From NCBI GenBank assembly GCA_910579935.1, contig CAJTVQ010000002.1:60405-124404 (forward strand): a stretch of 64,000 bases of DNA. Direction: 5' to 3'. A model generated the notes under the pieces. It was not told where the DNA came from. It searched no databases and saw only the letters and a program-made list of their open reading frames with translations. The DNA comes from an uncultured Lachnospiraceae bacterium. GTDB taxonomy: Bacteria; Bacillota; Clostridia; Lachnospirales; Lachnospiraceae. The translations under genes and the position numbers were made by a program. Positions 27,316 to 38,174 of the stretch are shown piece by piece. Positions within the stretch are counted from its first letter, which is position 1. Every line of letters begins with the position of its first letter.

Positions 27316-28302
27316 ATGAAGACGATTCATGATGTGGCAAAAGCGCTGGGCGTATCAACCAGTACGGTTTCCAGAGCGATATCAGGAAAGGGGAGGATTG
27401 GGAAAGAGACAAGGGAAAGGGTTCTGAAGTATATTGAGGAAAACGGCTACTATCCGAATGCCGTGGCACAGAGTCTTGCGCAGGCGAGGACGAATAATAT
27501 CGCGATCATCCTTCCGAAAGTCGATTCGCTGGTAGATATGCCGTTCTTCCATACCTGTATGTACGCAGTGGAGGAAGTGGCTCAGGCCAATGATTATGAT
27601 ATATTGGTGGTAGTGACGCATGGCAGGGATACAAGACCTTTGGAACGTCTGATCTTAAACCGCAAAGTGGACGGAATGATACTGACCAGTACGTATGTGG
27701 AGGACTGTTTTGTTCCGCTTCTAAAAGAAAAGAAGATACCGTTTGTTACGATCGGGACGGTGATGGATGAGGAAGTGGTTCAGGTTGACAATAATAACGC
27801 CGGAGCGTGCATGGAGCTGACCAGTGTGCTTCTGTCCAAGGGAATGGAACATATCGCCTATTTGGGAGGCAGCATGGAGCAGATGGTCAACCGGCGCCGG
27901 TATGAAGGATTTGCGGAAGCTTACAGCCGGTTCGGAAGGAGACCGGAGGAGGATATCGTATATCTTGACCTGGACAGCAAAGTGACGATTGAAAAAGCAG
28001 TGGACAGGCTTTTGGAACAGAAAACGGACTGCATGCTCTGCCAGGATGATTTCATCTGCAATGAAGTGGTGCATATGCTGGCGGACAGGGGGGTAAGGAT
28101 ACCGGAAGACATGAAAGTGGCATCCTGCCATTACAGCAGGATACTGGAAAATTATCCGGTAACGATATCCTCACTGAAATTTGACATCGGAGCGCTGGCA
28201 GGTACCGCGTGCAGAGTGTTGTTCGAGCTGATAGACGGAAAAGAAGTGGCGGGGAAAACCGTGCTGGAGTATGAAATAAGCCTGAAAGAATCTACCAAAT
28301 AA
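27316..28302 (+). CDS. LacI-family regulator
   Basis: TIHDVAKALGVSTSTVSRAI HTH. Confidence 0.95.
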   Translation: MKTIHDVAKALGVSTSTVSRAISGKGRIGKETRERVLKYIEENGYYPNAVAQSLAQARTNNIAIILPKVDSLVDMPFFHTCMYAVEEVAQANDYDILVVVTHGRDTRPLERLILNRKVDGMILTSTYVEDCFVPLLKEKKIPFVTIGTVMDEEVVQVDNNNAGACMELTSVLLSKGMEHIAYLGGSMEQMVNRRRYEGFAEAYSRFGRRPEEDIVYLDLDSKVTIEKAVDRLLEQKTDCMLCQDDFICNEVVHMLADRGVRIPEDMKVASCHYSRILENYPVTISSLKFDIGALAGTACRVLFELIDGKEVAGKTVLEYEISLKESTK

Positions 28303-28462
28303 TGGAAAAGGGCGTACGGGAAAGGGGTAAAAGAAGACATAGGGCAACCGCTTGATATGTTTTCTGTGTTCCGCGGGAAAAACAGTAAGAAATAAAATCT
28401 TTTTTGAAAAAATTGTTTAAAATTAACAAAAATAGCTTTTGAATGTCAGCACATTTTATAAG

Positions 28463-28491
28463 TTGACAGAGTTCCCCTGACTTGATAAAAT
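28463..28491 (+). promoter_or_regulatory. sigmaA promoter of galactan ABC operon
   Basis: TTGACA-17-TAAAAT with TGn. Confidence 0.7.
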
Positions 28492-28554
28492 TAAAAAGTA
28501 GACAAGCGGTTGCGCAAATAGCGCAAAGCCGCTGAAAGATAGGAGGAGAAAGAT

Positions 28555-29916
28555 ATGAATATGAAAAAGTTGACCGCATTTTTACTTGCAGCAACTATGA
28601 CGTTCTCACTGGCAGCCTGCGGGAATCCGGAAGTTGCAGGAGACAGTTCCGCACCGGCGGAAACAGCGCCTGCTGCGGAGACACCGGCAGAGACACCGGC
28701 AGAGACAGCGCCTGAACAGGCAGAAGTACCGGCGGAAAAGCAGGATGTAAGCCTCAGAATATGGGGGGCAGAAGAAGATCAGGCAATGCTTCAGGGGATG
28801 ATTGATGCATTTGCAGAGCATTACGCAGACTATGCAAACTTCAGCATTGAACTCGGCGTGGAGTCTGAATCGACTGCAAAAGATACTGTTCTGACAGATA
28901 TCGAAGCAGCAGCAGATGTATATGCTTTCGCATCTGACCAGTTGGTTGACCTTGTAAATGCAGGCGCATTGCAGTCTATTGATGAAATGGATGGCGCATT
29001 GCAGGCCTATGCAGGCAAGAGTGTGGCAGACATCAAGGCAGCGAATGTGGATGGCGCAGTAGAAGCATCTACATATAACAATACCCTTTATGCATTCCCG
29101 ATGAGCGCGGACAACGGGTATTTTCTGTTCTATGATTCCAGCGTGCTCAGTGCGGATGATGTAAAAAGTTGGGATGCCATGCTTACAAAGGCGGGCGAGG
29201 CTGGTAAGAAAGTCGGCATGACAATCGCTTCCGGCTGGTACAATGCATCTTTCTTCTATGGTGCAGGATTTACCACAGGGCTGAATGCGGACGGAACCAC
29301 TGCAATCGACTGGAACGGTACGGCAGACGTAAGCGGTGTGGAAGTAACAAAGGGTATGCTGGATATTGCTTCTAACAGTGCATTCCTTGCCGTTGCGGAT
29401 GGTGATATCTCTAACCAGATTGCTTCCGGTCAGCTTTGTGCGGCAGTATCCGGTACATGGGATGCCCTTGCGGCACAGGAAGCATTCGGTGATGGCTATG
29501 CAGCAACGAAACTTCCTACCTTTACGGCAGGCGGCAAAGAGATTCAGCAGGCAGCCGTAGTAGGATATAAGATGGTTGCGGTAAATGCTTATTCCCAGAA
29601 TGCAGGATGGGCAGCGCTGCTGGCAGAGTGGATCACCAATGAAGAAAATCAGGCAATCCGTTTTGCAACGCGTGAAGTTGGGCCTTCCAATAAGGTAGTG
29701 GCTGATTCCGGCGAAGTAGCGGCGAACGTGGCAATCGCAGCATTGGCAGAACAGTCCGCATATGGTGTAGTGCAGACAGTAGGCGGCAACTTCTGGGATC
29801 CTACAGCTACTTTCGGTGAAATGATCGCGCAGGGAAGTCTTGTAAGGGATGATGACGCAGCAATCCAGACCGCGCTGGATACAATGGTAGAAGGTGTCAG
29901 CGCAGCGGTACAATAA
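28555..29916 (+). CDS. Sugar ABC transporter substrate-binding lipoprotein (maltodextrin/galacto-oligosaccharide type)
   Basis: Lipobox LAAC, PAET-repeat linker, ADVYAFASDQ. Confidence 0.92.
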   Translation: MNMKKLTAFLLAATMTFSLAACGNPEVAGDSSAPAETAPAAETPAETPAETAPEQAEVPAEKQDVSLRIWGAEEDQAMLQGMIDAFAEHYADYANFSIELGVESESTAKDTVLTDIEAAADVYAFASDQLVDLVNAGALQSIDEMDGALQAYAGKSVADIKAANVDGAVEASTYNNTLYAFPMSADNGYFLFYDSSVLSADDVKSWDAMLTKAGEAGKKVGMTIASGWYNASFFYGAGFTTGLNADGTTAIDWNGTADVSGVEVTKGMLDIASNSAFLAVADGDISNQIASGQLCAAVSGTWDALAAQEAFGDGYAATKLPTFTAGGKEIQQAAVVGYKMVAVNAYSQNAGWAALLAEWITNEENQAIRFATREVGPSNKVVADSGEVAANVAIAALAEQSAYGVVQTVGGNFWDPTATFGEMIAQGSLVRDDDAAIQTALDTMVEGVSAAVQ

Positions 29917-29975
29917 ACGGCAGCCAGTCCTTCAGGCTGGCAGTTAAAATTGAGACGCTTAGGCGGATGAATGAA

Positions 29976-30021
29976 AAAGGGGCGTCGCGAGGCTGTGAAG
30001 TTGCGTAGCGACGCCCCCTTT
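29976..30021 (+). terminator. Stem-loop after SBP gene
   Basis: AAAGGGGCGTCGC...GCGACGCCCCCTTT. Confidence 0.7.
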
Positions 30022-30096
30022 ATCTCCTAGATTATTCCCAGGAAAGATGGGATTGTGTTACATGGAGCAGAAAAGTAGAACGAAAGGGGTGGAAAG

Positions 30097-31542
30097 ATGG
30101 AGCGGGTAAAAACAGCACTTGGTTCCTTCTTCGGTGCGATCGGAGGCTTTTTCAAAAAATTTGGAACCGCGGTAGCGCAAGGAGATATTTTTGTAAAGTT
30201 ATCCCTGCTTTGGATGGGAGCCGGATATTGCAGAAGAAAACAGTTTATTAAAGCTATTCTGATCACTATTTTTGAGGTGGCGGTCATAGCATTTACTTTT
30301 GGCTTTGCTTTGGACTATGTGTCGAAGTTCAGTACTTTGGGTACGGTACAGCAGGAATCAGTATTCAATGTTATGACAATGAAAAATGAATTTAACGATT
30401 ACGATCATTCCTTTTTAATTTTGCTGATGTCGCTGGTCAGCTTTGTTGTATGGATTATTTTCGCCGTCATATATCTGAATAATGTCATTCATGCTTTTGA
30501 GCTGCAGAAGCTGGAAGAAAGTGGAAAGCATATTAATACATTCAGGGAAGACATGAGGGAATTTTTAAACAGGAAATTCCACATCACACTGCTTACGCTT
30601 CCGGTGGTAGGTATTATCATATTCACGGTCATACCGTTTTTTGTATTGTTTTTAGTGGCATTTACGAATTATGACCAGCAGCATATGCCTCCCAGTGCAT
30701 TGTTTACATGGGTAGGTTTCCGGAACTTCAGGGATTTATTCAGCAGCGGCGGTCTGACAGTTACGTTTGGCTATGCATTTGTAAGGGTTTTGGCATGGAC
30801 GCTCATATGGGCGGTGTTTGCTACTTTTACGACTTATATCGGGGGTATTCTTTTATCCCTGCTGATCAATCATAAGAATACGAAGCTGCCGAGAATGTGG
30901 CGTACGCTTTTTATCATTACCATTGCGGTTCCCCAGTTCGTATCCCTGCTGCTGGTGCGGAACTTCTTTGCTAACAACGGTATTGCCAATACGTTCTGTG
31001 CCAATATAGGACTGACCGGATGGCTGAGGGATATCGGGGCGATTTCCACCAGTTATATTCCGTTCCTGTCGGCGCCGGGATGGGCGCATGTGATGATTGT
31101 TATCATCAATATATGGGTCGGCGTGCCGTACCAGATGCTGATCGCAACAGGCGTTCTGATGAACATTCCTACTGAGCAGATGGAAAGCGCGAAGATTGAC
31201 GGGGCTACTCCCAGACAGATTTTTGTACACATTACGATGCCTTATGTGCTGTTTATTACGGGACCGTCACTGGTTACGGATTTTGTAAAGAACATAAACA
31301 ACTTCAACGTGATCTTCCTGCTGACCAATGGCGTATTTACCACAACGAACCAGCTCATGGCAAACTCGCAGGCAAAAGAAGTGGATCTGCTCGTCACATG
31401 GCTGTATACCCTGACGCAGGACTATTACAATTACAAGATGGCGTCTGCCATAGGTATCATTGTATTCCTGATCTGTGCGGTATTCACCCTTGTTTCGTTT
31501 AACCGCCTGATCCAGGGTGACAGAGAGGAGGCATACCGGTAA
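30097..31542 (+). CDS. Sugar ABC permease (MalF-like)
   Basis: ESAKIDGA (EAA motif), multiple TM. Confidence 0.93.
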   Translation: MERVKTALGSFFGAIGGFFKKFGTAVAQGDIFVKLSLLWMGAGYCRRKQFIKAILITIFEVAVIAFTFGFALDYVSKFSTLGTVQQESVFNVMTMKNEFNDYDHSFLILLMSLVSFVVWIIFAVIYLNNVIHAFELQKLEESGKHINTFREDMREFLNRKFHITLLTLPVVGIIIFTVIPFFVLFLVAFTNYDQQHMPPSALFTWVGFRNFRDLFSSGGLTVTFGYAFVRVLAWTLIWAVFATFTTYIGGILLSLLINHKNTKLPRMWRTLFIITIAVPQFVSLLLVRNFFANNGIANTFCANIGLTGWLRDIGAISTSYIPFLSAPGWAHVMIVIINIWVGVPYQMLIATGVLMNIPTEQMESAKIDGATPRQIFVHITMPYVLFITGPSLVTDFVKNINNFNVIFLLTNGVFTTTNQLMANSQAKEVDLLVTWLYTLTQDYYNYKMASAIGIIVFLICAVFTLVSFNRLIQGDREEAYR

Positions 31543-32387
31543 TGAAGAAAAAATATATTGATATGATATGGAGGCATGTATTGCTGGCATTCCTTGCATT
31601 TATATGGTTGATTCCCATTGTGTGGCTGTTTGTAACATCCTTTAGTACCTATCCGGGAAGGAATACTTCCACGTTTTTCCCGGAACATTGGACACTGAAC
31701 AATTATAAGAACCTGCTGTTTGCAGCAGACAGTGTGGCGCAGTTTCCGAACTGGTTTAAAAATACCTTTATCGTTGCGTGCTGCAGTTGTATTATTTCCA
31801 GCGCGTTTGTGCTGATGGTGGCATATGCAACTTCCTGTATGCGGTTTAAGATGCGGAAACCTTTGATGAATATCGGTGTTATCCTGAATCTGTTTCCGGG
31901 CTTTTTGTCCATGATCGCCGTGTATTTCATTCTCCGTACGCTGAACCTGACCAATAATCATTGGGGACTGGTGCTGGTGTATTCGGCATCTTCCGGTTTG
32001 GGCTACCTGATCGCAAAGGGATTTTTTGATACGATTCCGGCGTCTTTGCGTGAAGCGGCTTATCTGGACGGGGCAAGTGAAGCGACCATTTTCTATAAAG
32101 TCGTAGTGCCTATGAGCCAGCCGATCATTGTATATACGGTCATCAGTTCCTTTCTGGCTCCGTGGATGGATTTTGTATTTGCAAAGATGATACTGAATGC
32201 AGGTATTTCCTCCAAGTGGACAGTATCCATCGGTTTGTTCAATATGCTGGATAAGAGTCTGATCAACACATACTTTACGCAGTTCTGCGCGGGCGGTGTA
32301 CTGGTGTCCATACCGATTTCCGCGCTGTTTGTGATCATGCAGAAGTTCTATGTAGAAGGTGTTACAGGCGGTTCCGTGAAAGGTTAA
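31542..32387 (+). CDS. Sugar ABC permease (MalG-like)
   Basis: EAAYLDGA; ends GSVKG. Confidence 0.93.
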   Translation: MKKKYIDMIWRHVLLAFLAFIWLIPIVWLFVTSFSTYPGRNTSTFFPEHWTLNNYKNLLFAADSVAQFPNWFKNTFIVACCSCIISSAFVLMVAYATSCMRFKMRKPLMNIGVILNLFPGFLSMIAVYFILRTLNLTNNHWGLVLVYSASSGLGYLIAKGFFDTIPASLREAAYLDGASEATIFYKVVVPMSQPIIVYTVISSFLAPWMDFVFAKMILNAGISSKWTVSIGLFNMLDKSLINTYFTQFCAGGVLVSIPISALFVIMQKFYVEGVTGGSVKG

Positions 32388-32498
32388 AAGCAGTTTGTCC
32401 CATGTGCGTGGATTGGCTGTGCAGACATGGCTGGTCCATGGCATGAGACAGGTTTTTCAAAAAAATATGCCGGTTGTCGGCAGGAACAGAGGTAGAAT

Positions 32499-34325
32499 AT
32501 GAGTGATTTTATTGTAAACATCATCCATCGGCCGGAAATGGTTCCCGAATATGCGGAGAAAGTAACCGGACATGGAAAAGAAGAAGATATCGGAAGGACG
32601 GCGCTTCTTACGGAGTCTTTGGATATCTTCAAATACCAGCAGGAGACAGCCCATAAGAATGGGTTGAAAACAACGATTCAGATGACGTATGCTTCATTAT
32701 TTAATGAGGAAGCAATTCAGATTGCCAAGGAACATCATGAGAAATATGGAGACGAGATTTCCTTGTCCCTGCTTGGACTGCCCTGCACGGAATTCCGTGA
32801 GAAGTATAAGACAAAGGACTTCTGTATCTGGATGTTTTCTATGGAGGACAAGAAGCGCATTGTGGATGATGTGTTCGGAAAATTCCATGATACCTTCGGT
32901 TTTTATCCGGAATCTACCGGGTCTTATTACATGGATGCGGATTTGACCAACTATATCAAAGAGAAATATCCGATGGTGAAGTGTGCGGTTGCCACCTGCT
33001 GGGAGGAAGGTCCGAAGGCGTATCATACCTGTAATAATTCATGGTATACGTTTATGGACGGCGGCCCGTGGAATCCGTGGATTCCTTCCAAACAAAATAC
33101 CCATGCACCGGCGGCAAATGAGGCAGAGGACAGCGGCATCGTGGCGATCCCTCACTTATCCAGGGATTTGCTGGCATGTTATGACGGGAACGGCTCCAAT
33201 TTCGGCACCCATCCCCAGAATGTACTGCGCGGTATGATTTACGATACAGAGACTTGGGATTTCCCTTATTTGTTCAATCTGATTGACCAGTACAGGGATC
33301 TGGAAAAATACAACAACGGCTATGCTTATAACATGATGTTTGTAGGTCCTGCATGGCTGAATAAGATGGGACGCTGGGAAGCACCGTATGAACTTTTGAA
33401 GAAGAGTTATGAAGAAGGCATGGCATACTACGGAAACCTGAAAAAAGAAGGTAAGCTGATAGATATGACCATGGCGGAATTTGCAGATTACTATCGTGAG
33501 AAGAAGACTTATGAAGAACCGGAATGTGCGCTCTGGAGAGACATCCTGTATGGTTCGGACAAGCAGTTGTTCTGGTACTGCGATCCCTACATGAGGGTCT
33601 GCGTTAATATGGACCAGGGCGGAGCTATCGTGGATCTGCGTCCTTATGCGGCGAAGCTGGAATGGCCGGTTGGTATCGGTACGAAGCATGTGACGGATGC
33701 CTCTTATCCGTTCTTAATCCAGGAGAAGTACCGTGCCGGATATTTCACTCATTATGCAGGGGAAGGCACAATCAGAAGTGCGAAGCTGAAATATAAGGGT
33801 GAGGAAGTGGATTTGTGTCTGTGCCGTACAAAAGCTCATTTTACCAAGGAAGGAAAGACAAGAATCCTGACGCTGGATCCTGTGGAAATTGAATTTTATG
33901 ATTTAACTGTGACATTGCAGAGTGTGATTTCCTTTGAAGAAGGAAGCTCCGATATTAAGATAGAGAGAAAGATTCTGAATATGAGCAATCCTGATGCCGA
34001 AGTGGAAATTAACGAATACATGGTGGCATGTTACGGAACAACGGAGTATTCCGAGGATATGACGGGTATTACTCTTGCCTGTGGGCAGGAAACGCTGTCC
34101 TATGAGTACAAGTGCAGGGAGATGGAAAAGGAAGGGGCAGCGGAAGTATCCGCAGTGATTCCGCCCATTGAAACTAAGGTATCCATGAAGGCATCGAACG
34201 GGGAAGCCGTGGGGTATGTAAAAGAAGGATATGCATTCTCACCGATGTTTACCCTTGGATATACCAAAAATCTGAAAGATAAGGAGGAATTTGCGACATG
34301 GCTCAGGCTGGAAAAGGCAAATTAA
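32499..34325 (+). CDS. 608-aa uncharacterised protein, putative glycoside hydrolase/deacetylase barrel
   Basis: Long ORF with RBS; FGKFHDTFGFYPESTGSYYMDA and PWIPSK..PA recall DUF3863-like barrels (from memory). Confidence 0.6.
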   Translation: MSDFIVNIIHRPEMVPEYAEKVTGHGKEEDIGRTALLTESLDIFKYQQETAHKNGLKTTIQMTYASLFNEEAIQIAKEHHEKYGDEISLSLLGLPCTEFREKYKTKDFCIWMFSMEDKKRIVDDVFGKFHDTFGFYPESTGSYYMDADLTNYIKEKYPMVKCAVATCWEEGPKAYHTCNNSWYTFMDGGPWNPWIPSKQNTHAPAANEAEDSGIVAIPHLSRDLLACYDGNGSNFGTHPQNVLRGMIYDTETWDFPYLFNLIDQYRDLEKYNNGYAYNMMFVGPAWLNKMGRWEAPYELLKKSYEEGMAYYGNLKKEGKLIDMTMAEFADYYREKKTYEEPECALWRDILYGSDKQLFWYCDPYMRVCVNMDQGGAIVDLRPYAAKLEWPVGIGTKHVTDASYPFLIQEKYRAGYFTHYAGEGTIRSAKLKYKGEEVDLCLCRTKAHFTKEGKTRILTLDPVEIEFYDLTVTLQSVISFEEGSSDIKIERKILNMSNPDAEVEINEYMVACYGTTEYSEDMTGITLACGQETLSYEYKCREMEKEGAAEVSAVIPPIETKVSMKASNGEAVGYVKEGYAFSPMFTLGYTKNLKDKEEFATWLRLEKAN

Positions 34326-34516
34326 ATTATAGGTGTCCTTCTTGCTTTATGAGGGATTTGGATTTGGATATGTTCTATGATAAGGATAAAAAAGAGTATT
34401 ATTGCATCAGATGCCAGTACCGGGGGACGGAAGAAGATGTTTTGGAGAAAAACCAGCTGGCAAGGTTCCGTTATGGTGCAATAGCAAAGAGATATACGAA
34501 GTTTGATTTTGATTAA
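34298..34516 (+). CDS. 72-aa zinc-ribbon protein
   Basis: AAGGAGG RBS; CPSC and CIRC; overlaps upstream gene end. Confidence 0.8.
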   Translation: MAQAGKGKLNYRCPSCFMRDLDLDMFYDKDKKEYYCIRCQYRGTEEDVLEKNQLARFRYGAIAKRYTKFDFD

Positions 34517-34533
34517 CTTCCGTGATCCGGAAT

Positions 34534-34574
34534 GGGCGGATACCTGTAACCGTGAAGGTATCTGAACTGTTACA
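34534..34574 (+). repeat. Dispersed palindromic repeat, copy 1
   Basis: GGGCGGATACCTGTAACCGTGAAGGTATCTGAACTGTTACA. Confidence 0.9.
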
Positions 34575-34738
34575 GCGGAATGGAGCGAGGGAAGCGTCCG
34601 TAACATATTATGGTTGCGGGCGCTATTCTTATGATGTATGATAGGAATAATGAGAATATATGGAAGTAGGGAATGTTTCTAAGCAAAAAATTTAGTGCGG
34701 TTTGCCCATGCGGAGAAGGAACGGCATAGGAATGGAGG

Positions 34739-36754
34739 ATGAAGATGGAATTTGGGAAAGTGCTTCACGGCGGGGATTATAATCCGGAGCAGTGGCTGGA
34801 TTGTCCGGAGGTGTTGCAGGAAGATATCGAATTGATGAAAAAGGCCCGTGTAAACTGTGTGACGCTGGGGGTTTTTTCATGGGCGGTGCTGGAGCCGTCC
34901 GAAGGAGAATACCGTCTGGGGTGGCTGGAGGAAATCATTGACAGACTGTATGAGAACGGAATATATACTGTGCTGGCGACCCCTACCGGAGGGATGCCCC
35001 ACTGGCTGACCAGCCGTTATCCTGAAACGATGCAGGTACGTGAGGACGGGGGGAGAAATCTGCCCGGCAGACGCCATAATTTCTGCTATACTTCTGTGAA
35101 AATGCGGGAAAAGACCAGGCAGATTGATCAGAAGCTGGCACAGATGGCAGGAAAGCATCCGGGGATACTGATGTGGCATATTTCCAATGAAATGGGCGGA
35201 AATTTCTCGGACAGCGCCTGCCATTGCGAGCAGTGCCAGCAGGCGTTCCGGGAATGGCTGCGGGAAAGATACGGGACGCTGGAAGCATTAAATAAAGCAT
35301 GGTGGACAGTATTCTGGAGCCATGTGTACACCGACTGGGAGCAGATACACAGCCCGGTTCCCCGGGGGGAGTGTCTGCTGCATGGACTGAATCTGGACTG
35401 GCACCGTTTTGTAACCCATCAGATGACGGATTTCCTGAAATGGGAAATTGCTTCTGTCAGGGAATATTCCGCACTACCTGCTACCTCCAATTTTATGTTT
35501 TTTTTCAAACCGCTGGATTATTTCAAAATGCAGAAAGAGCTGGATGTCGTTTCATGGGATTCCTATCCGGCATGGCATAAACGAAAGGATGAAGTGCCGG
35601 TAGCAGTAAAAGCGGCGGCATACCACAGCATGATGCGGAGTATGAAGAAAGCGCCCTTTATGCTGATGGAGAGCGTGCCTTCCATGGTAAACTGGAGGGA
35701 AAACAATCCATTAAAACGTCCGGGGATGCATATGCTTTCTTCTATGCAGGCGGTAGCGCATGGTTCCAACACGGTGCAGTATTTTCAGTGGAGAAAGGGA
35801 AGAGGAGCTTTTGAGAAATTCCATGGTGCGGTGCTGGATCATAAAAACGGTGAGAATACAAGGACATTCCGTGATGTGGCCGGAGTTGGGGAAAGGCTGG
35901 AAAAGCTGGATACGCTGATCCGTCAGTCCTGTAACCAGCCGAAAGCGGCGATGATTTTTGATTGGGAAAACTGGTGGGCTTTGGAAGATTCTACCGGACC
36001 GAGACTGGATATGGATTACCAGAAAGTTTTCTTGCAGCATTACCGTGCGTTCTGGGAAGCCGGAATTGATGTGGATATCATCAGCATGGACGAAGAACTG
36101 GAGGGCTATCGTCTGGTAACTGCCCCGCTGAATTATCTGTATAAAAAGGGGTATGCCAAAAAGGTGGAGCAGTATGTAAAAAATGGAGGCATATATATTA
36201 CAACTTATTGGAGCGGTATCGTGGATGAAACGGATCTGTGCTTTACGGGAGAGCATCCGCTCCGGAAGGCGCTTGGCATCCGGCAGGAGGAAATCGACGC
36301 GCCCAGTGAAGAATTTTCCAATTGTGTGGTTTACCAGGGGAAGGAATATCCTGCCGGGAGGTTTTGCGAGGTAGTATATGCGGAGACGGCAAAGGCTGCT
36401 GCGGTATACGAAAAGGATTTTTATAAGGGAATGCCCGCCATTTCGGAGAACCATTATGGAGAAGGAACGGTCTGTTATCTGGCGGCAGAGTTCGGGCAGG
36501 AGCTGCTGAATGCCTTTTATGGGGAATGTCTGAAACAGGCAGGTCTGGAAAATCCGCTGGCGGCAAAACTACCGTATGGCGTAACGGTATCGGAGCGTAA
36601 GGGGGAGACCAATCTTATTTTCCTGCAGAATTACAATGAGAAAACGGTGGAAGTGGAAGGAAGCGGTTCCTATAAGGAAGCAGATACCGGAAGGGAATGG
36701 CAGGGAAGGATAGAGATGGAGCCTTTTGAGTGTAAGGTTTTGGTGAAAAAGTAG
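34739..36754 (+). CDS. ganA: Beta-galactosidase GH42
   Basis: GGDYNPEQW, WHISNE, FMLME, EKFHGA. Confidence 0.93.
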   Translation: MKMEFGKVLHGGDYNPEQWLDCPEVLQEDIELMKKARVNCVTLGVFSWAVLEPSEGEYRLGWLEEIIDRLYENGIYTVLATPTGGMPHWLTSRYPETMQVREDGGRNLPGRRHNFCYTSVKMREKTRQIDQKLAQMAGKHPGILMWHISNEMGGNFSDSACHCEQCQQAFREWLRERYGTLEALNKAWWTVFWSHVYTDWEQIHSPVPRGECLLHGLNLDWHRFVTHQMTDFLKWEIASVREYSALPATSNFMFFFKPLDYFKMQKELDVVSWDSYPAWHKRKDEVPVAVKAAAYHSMMRSMKKAPFMLMESVPSMVNWRENNPLKRPGMHMLSSMQAVAHGSNTVQYFQWRKGRGAFEKFHGAVLDHKNGENTRTFRDVAGVGERLEKLDTLIRQSCNQPKAAMIFDWENWWALEDSTGPRLDMDYQKVFLQHYRAFWEAGIDVDIISMDEELEGYRLVTAPLNYLYKKGYAKKVEQYVKNGGIYITTYWSGIVDETDLCFTGEHPLRKALGIRQEEIDAPSEEFSNCVVYQGKEYPAGRFCEVVYAETAKAAAVYEKDFYKGMPAISENHYGEGTVCYLAAEFGQELLNAFYGECLKQAGLENPLAAKLPYGVTVSERKGETNLIFLQNYNEKTVEVEGSGSYKEADTGREWQGRIEMEPFECKVLVKK

Positions 36755-37038
36755 CGGCAGTTCGTACGGTGCTCCGGCTCATTCAAAGATGCGGAAAAGA
36801 CGGAGAAGGTTCTTCCGGCCAGGTGGTGGAAGAAATGCTGCAGGAATGAATATCATTGGAGAAATCAAATAACTGGAGAACCGGATATAACTGAATAGAA
36901 AAGGAAAGAACCGAAAATAGCTGAAAGACAGGAAATAACCGGAAAGAGCCGAAAAACAGGGGCAGCCGGAATCACCGGTAATGGATGAAATGTACCGGAA
37001 AAACAAGAGTAAGAAGGAAGGAAGAAAGGAAGAAAGGA

Positions 37039-38160
37039 ATGGGAGAATTTATACATGGTATGGATATTTCATCGATGGAAGAAGTGGTGAAGTGCGGAGG
37101 AAAATTTTATGATCAGGGGAAGGAAGGGACTCTGCCGGGAATTCTGAAATCCTATGGGGTGAATTATATCCGGCTGCGTCTGTGGCTGAATCCTTATACG
37201 GAAGATGGGAAGTCTTACGGGGCAGGGGTGAATGATCTGGATGTAACCATGCGGCTGGCAAAACAGGTGCAGGCGGAAGGATTGAAATACCTGCTGGATT
37301 TTCATTACAGCGATTTTTGGACGGATCCCGGCAAGCAGATAAAACCGAAGGCGTGGAAGGACTATCAAGCGGATGAGCTGGAAAAGGCGCTTTATGAGTA
37401 CACGCGGGATACACTGCTTGCCATGAAGGAAAACGGCTGCCTTCCAGATATGGTACAGGTGGGAAATGAGATTACCAACGGCCTGTTATGGCCGGAGGGG
37501 AAGATACCGGATTATGATAACATTCGGCGTTTTGTCAGTGCCGGAATCCGCGGAGTGCGGGAGGTGAGCCGGGATATTCCGGTAATGCTTCATCTGGATC
37601 ATGGTGACGATCAGGAATTGTACCGGAACTGGTTTGACAATTACAGAGAGCGGGGCGGAGAAGATTTTGAAATCATCGGAATGTCCTACTATCCGGTGTG
37701 GAATGGCAAAATGCAGGGATTGATCGACAATATGAATATGCTTGCCGACCGCTACGGAAAGCCGATGGTGGTTGTGGAAGTGTCCCAGCCTTTTACGGTA
37801 GAGGATTATGCAGAGTATGAAGGGTTGGAGTCCCAACAGCGCAAAGGATATGCTGCAAAACCGGCACTGACGGAAAAACTGGAATATCCGGCAACGGTGG
37901 AAGGGCAGTGTGCATTTATGGAGCGGTTTATCAAGGAAGTAGCCGGTGTGAAAAATGGTCTGGGTCTTGGTTATTTTTATTGGGAACCGGCATGGCTGCC
38001 TGTGAAGGGATGCGGCTGGGCAACACCGGAATCGCTGGAGTATATGGGAGATCCCGGTCCCTGTGGAAATGAGTGGGCGAACCAGGGGCTGTTTGATTAT
38101 GACGGAAATGCACTGCCTGCATTGGAATTGATAGCGAAAGCGTGCGGAATGAGGAAATAG
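37039..38160 (+). CDS. ganB: Endo-beta-1,4-galactanase GH53
   Basis: GMDIS, DFHYSDFWTDPGKQ, VQVGNE, SYYP, FYWEP; no signal peptide. Confidence 0.93.
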   Translation: MGEFIHGMDISSMEEVVKCGGKFYDQGKEGTLPGILKSYGVNYIRLRLWLNPYTEDGKSYGAGVNDLDVTMRLAKQVQAEGLKYLLDFHYSDFWTDPGKQIKPKAWKDYQADELEKALYEYTRDTLLAMKENGCLPDMVQVGNEITNGLLWPEGKIPDYDNIRRFVSAGIRGVREVSRDIPVMLHLDHGDDQELYRNWFDNYRERGGEDFEIIGMSYYPVWNGKMQGLIDNMNMLADRYGKPMVVVEVSQPFTVEDYAEYEGLESQQRKGYAAKPALTEKLEYPATVEGQCAFMERFIKEVAGVKNGLGLGYFYWEPAWLPVKGCGWATPESLEYMGDPGPCGNEWANQGLFDYDGNALPALELIAKACGMRK

Positions 38161-38174
38161 TTTTTACAGGAAAA

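Noticed and set aside
28606..29913. 435-aa minus-strand ORF and similar long antisense ORFs (13058-13882, 31431-32444, 40783-41652, 63504-63968)
   Set aside because: Shadows of well-supported plus-strand genes with biased codon usage; no motifs or RBS.
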